From Escherichia coli (GTDB lineage Bacteria; Pseudomonadota; Gammaproteobacteria; Enterobacterales; Enterobacteriaceae): a DNA stretch of 64,000 nucleotides. The notes beneath the pieces were generated by a model. That model was not told where the DNA came from. It ran no database searches and saw nothing but the letters and a program-made list of their open reading frames with translations. The position numbers were made by a program, and so were the translations under genes. The stretch lies in the NCBI RefSeq assembly GCF_041248615.1, contig NZ_CP158426.1, one strand, 5' to 3'. Shown here one piece after another: positions 63,673 to 64,000 of this stretch. Position 1 is the stretch's first letter. The number at the start of each line of letters is the position of its first letter.

Positions 63673-64000
63673 ATGTTATTTACTATCCAACTTATCATAA
63701 TACTGATATGTCTGTTTTATGGTGCCAGAAAGGGTGGTATCGCGCTGGGTTTATTAGGCGGTATCGGTCTGGTCATTCTGGTCTTCGTCTTCCACCTTCA
63801 GCCAGGTAAACCACCGGTTGATGTCATGCTGGTTATCATTGCGGTGGTGGCGGCATCGGCGACCTTGCAAGCTTCGGGCGGTCTTGATGTCATGCTGCAA
63901 ATTGCCGAGAAGCTGCTGCGCCGCAACCCGAAATATGTCTCAATTGTCGCGCCGTTTGTGACCTGTACGCTGACCATTCTTTGCGGTACGGGTCATGTGG
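63673..64000 (+). CDS. dcuB: Anaerobic C4-dicarboxylate antiporter DcuB, 5' portion (truncated by the window end)
   Basis: ATG at 63673; translation [61 protein letters not shown]..., paralogous to dcuA in this window; downstream of dcuSR as expected. Confidence 0.9.

Overview
This window is Escherichia coli core chromosome, syntenic with the K-12 ~94-95 min region in reverse-complement orientation. I found no convincing novel or undescribed system; nearly every ORF of 60 aa or more corresponds to a well-known E. coli protein with a length matching what I recall for K-12. Gene order is: yjfJ' - yjfI - rlmB - rnr - nsrR - purA - yjeT - hflC - hflK - hflX - hfq - miaA - mutL - amiB - tsaE - nnr (all minus strand) | queG (+) | three tandem tRNA-Gly(GCC) and orn (-) | rsgA - psd - mscM (+) | yjeM - epmA (-) | frdABCD - ampC - blc (+) | sugE - ecnB - ecnA - efp (-) | epmB (+) | yjeJ interrupted by IS1 | yjeI - groL - groS (-) | yjeH (+) | fxsA (-) | aspA - dcuA - cutA - dsbD - yjdC - pheU tRNA - cadC - cadB - cadA - dtpC - lysU (+) | ghoT - ghoS - yjdJ - yjdI (-) | an IS3-family element | dcuS - dcuR - dcuB' (+). 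The features that go beyond the conserved backbone are two insertion sequences, both with intact target-site duplications: IS1 inside yjeJ, and an IS911-like IS3-family element in the yjdI/dcuS divergent promoter region. There is also an apparent absence of yjeN-yjeO between mscM and yjeM relative to my recollection of K-12. Three small genes fall below the 60-aa ORF-track threshold (ghoT, ecnA, ecnB), and a twin ACGR-hairpin motif upstream of sugE looks like a guanidine-II riboswitch. No CRISPR array, rRNA or prophage is visible. All identifications rest on reading the sequence and on remembered protein sequences; no database search was run.
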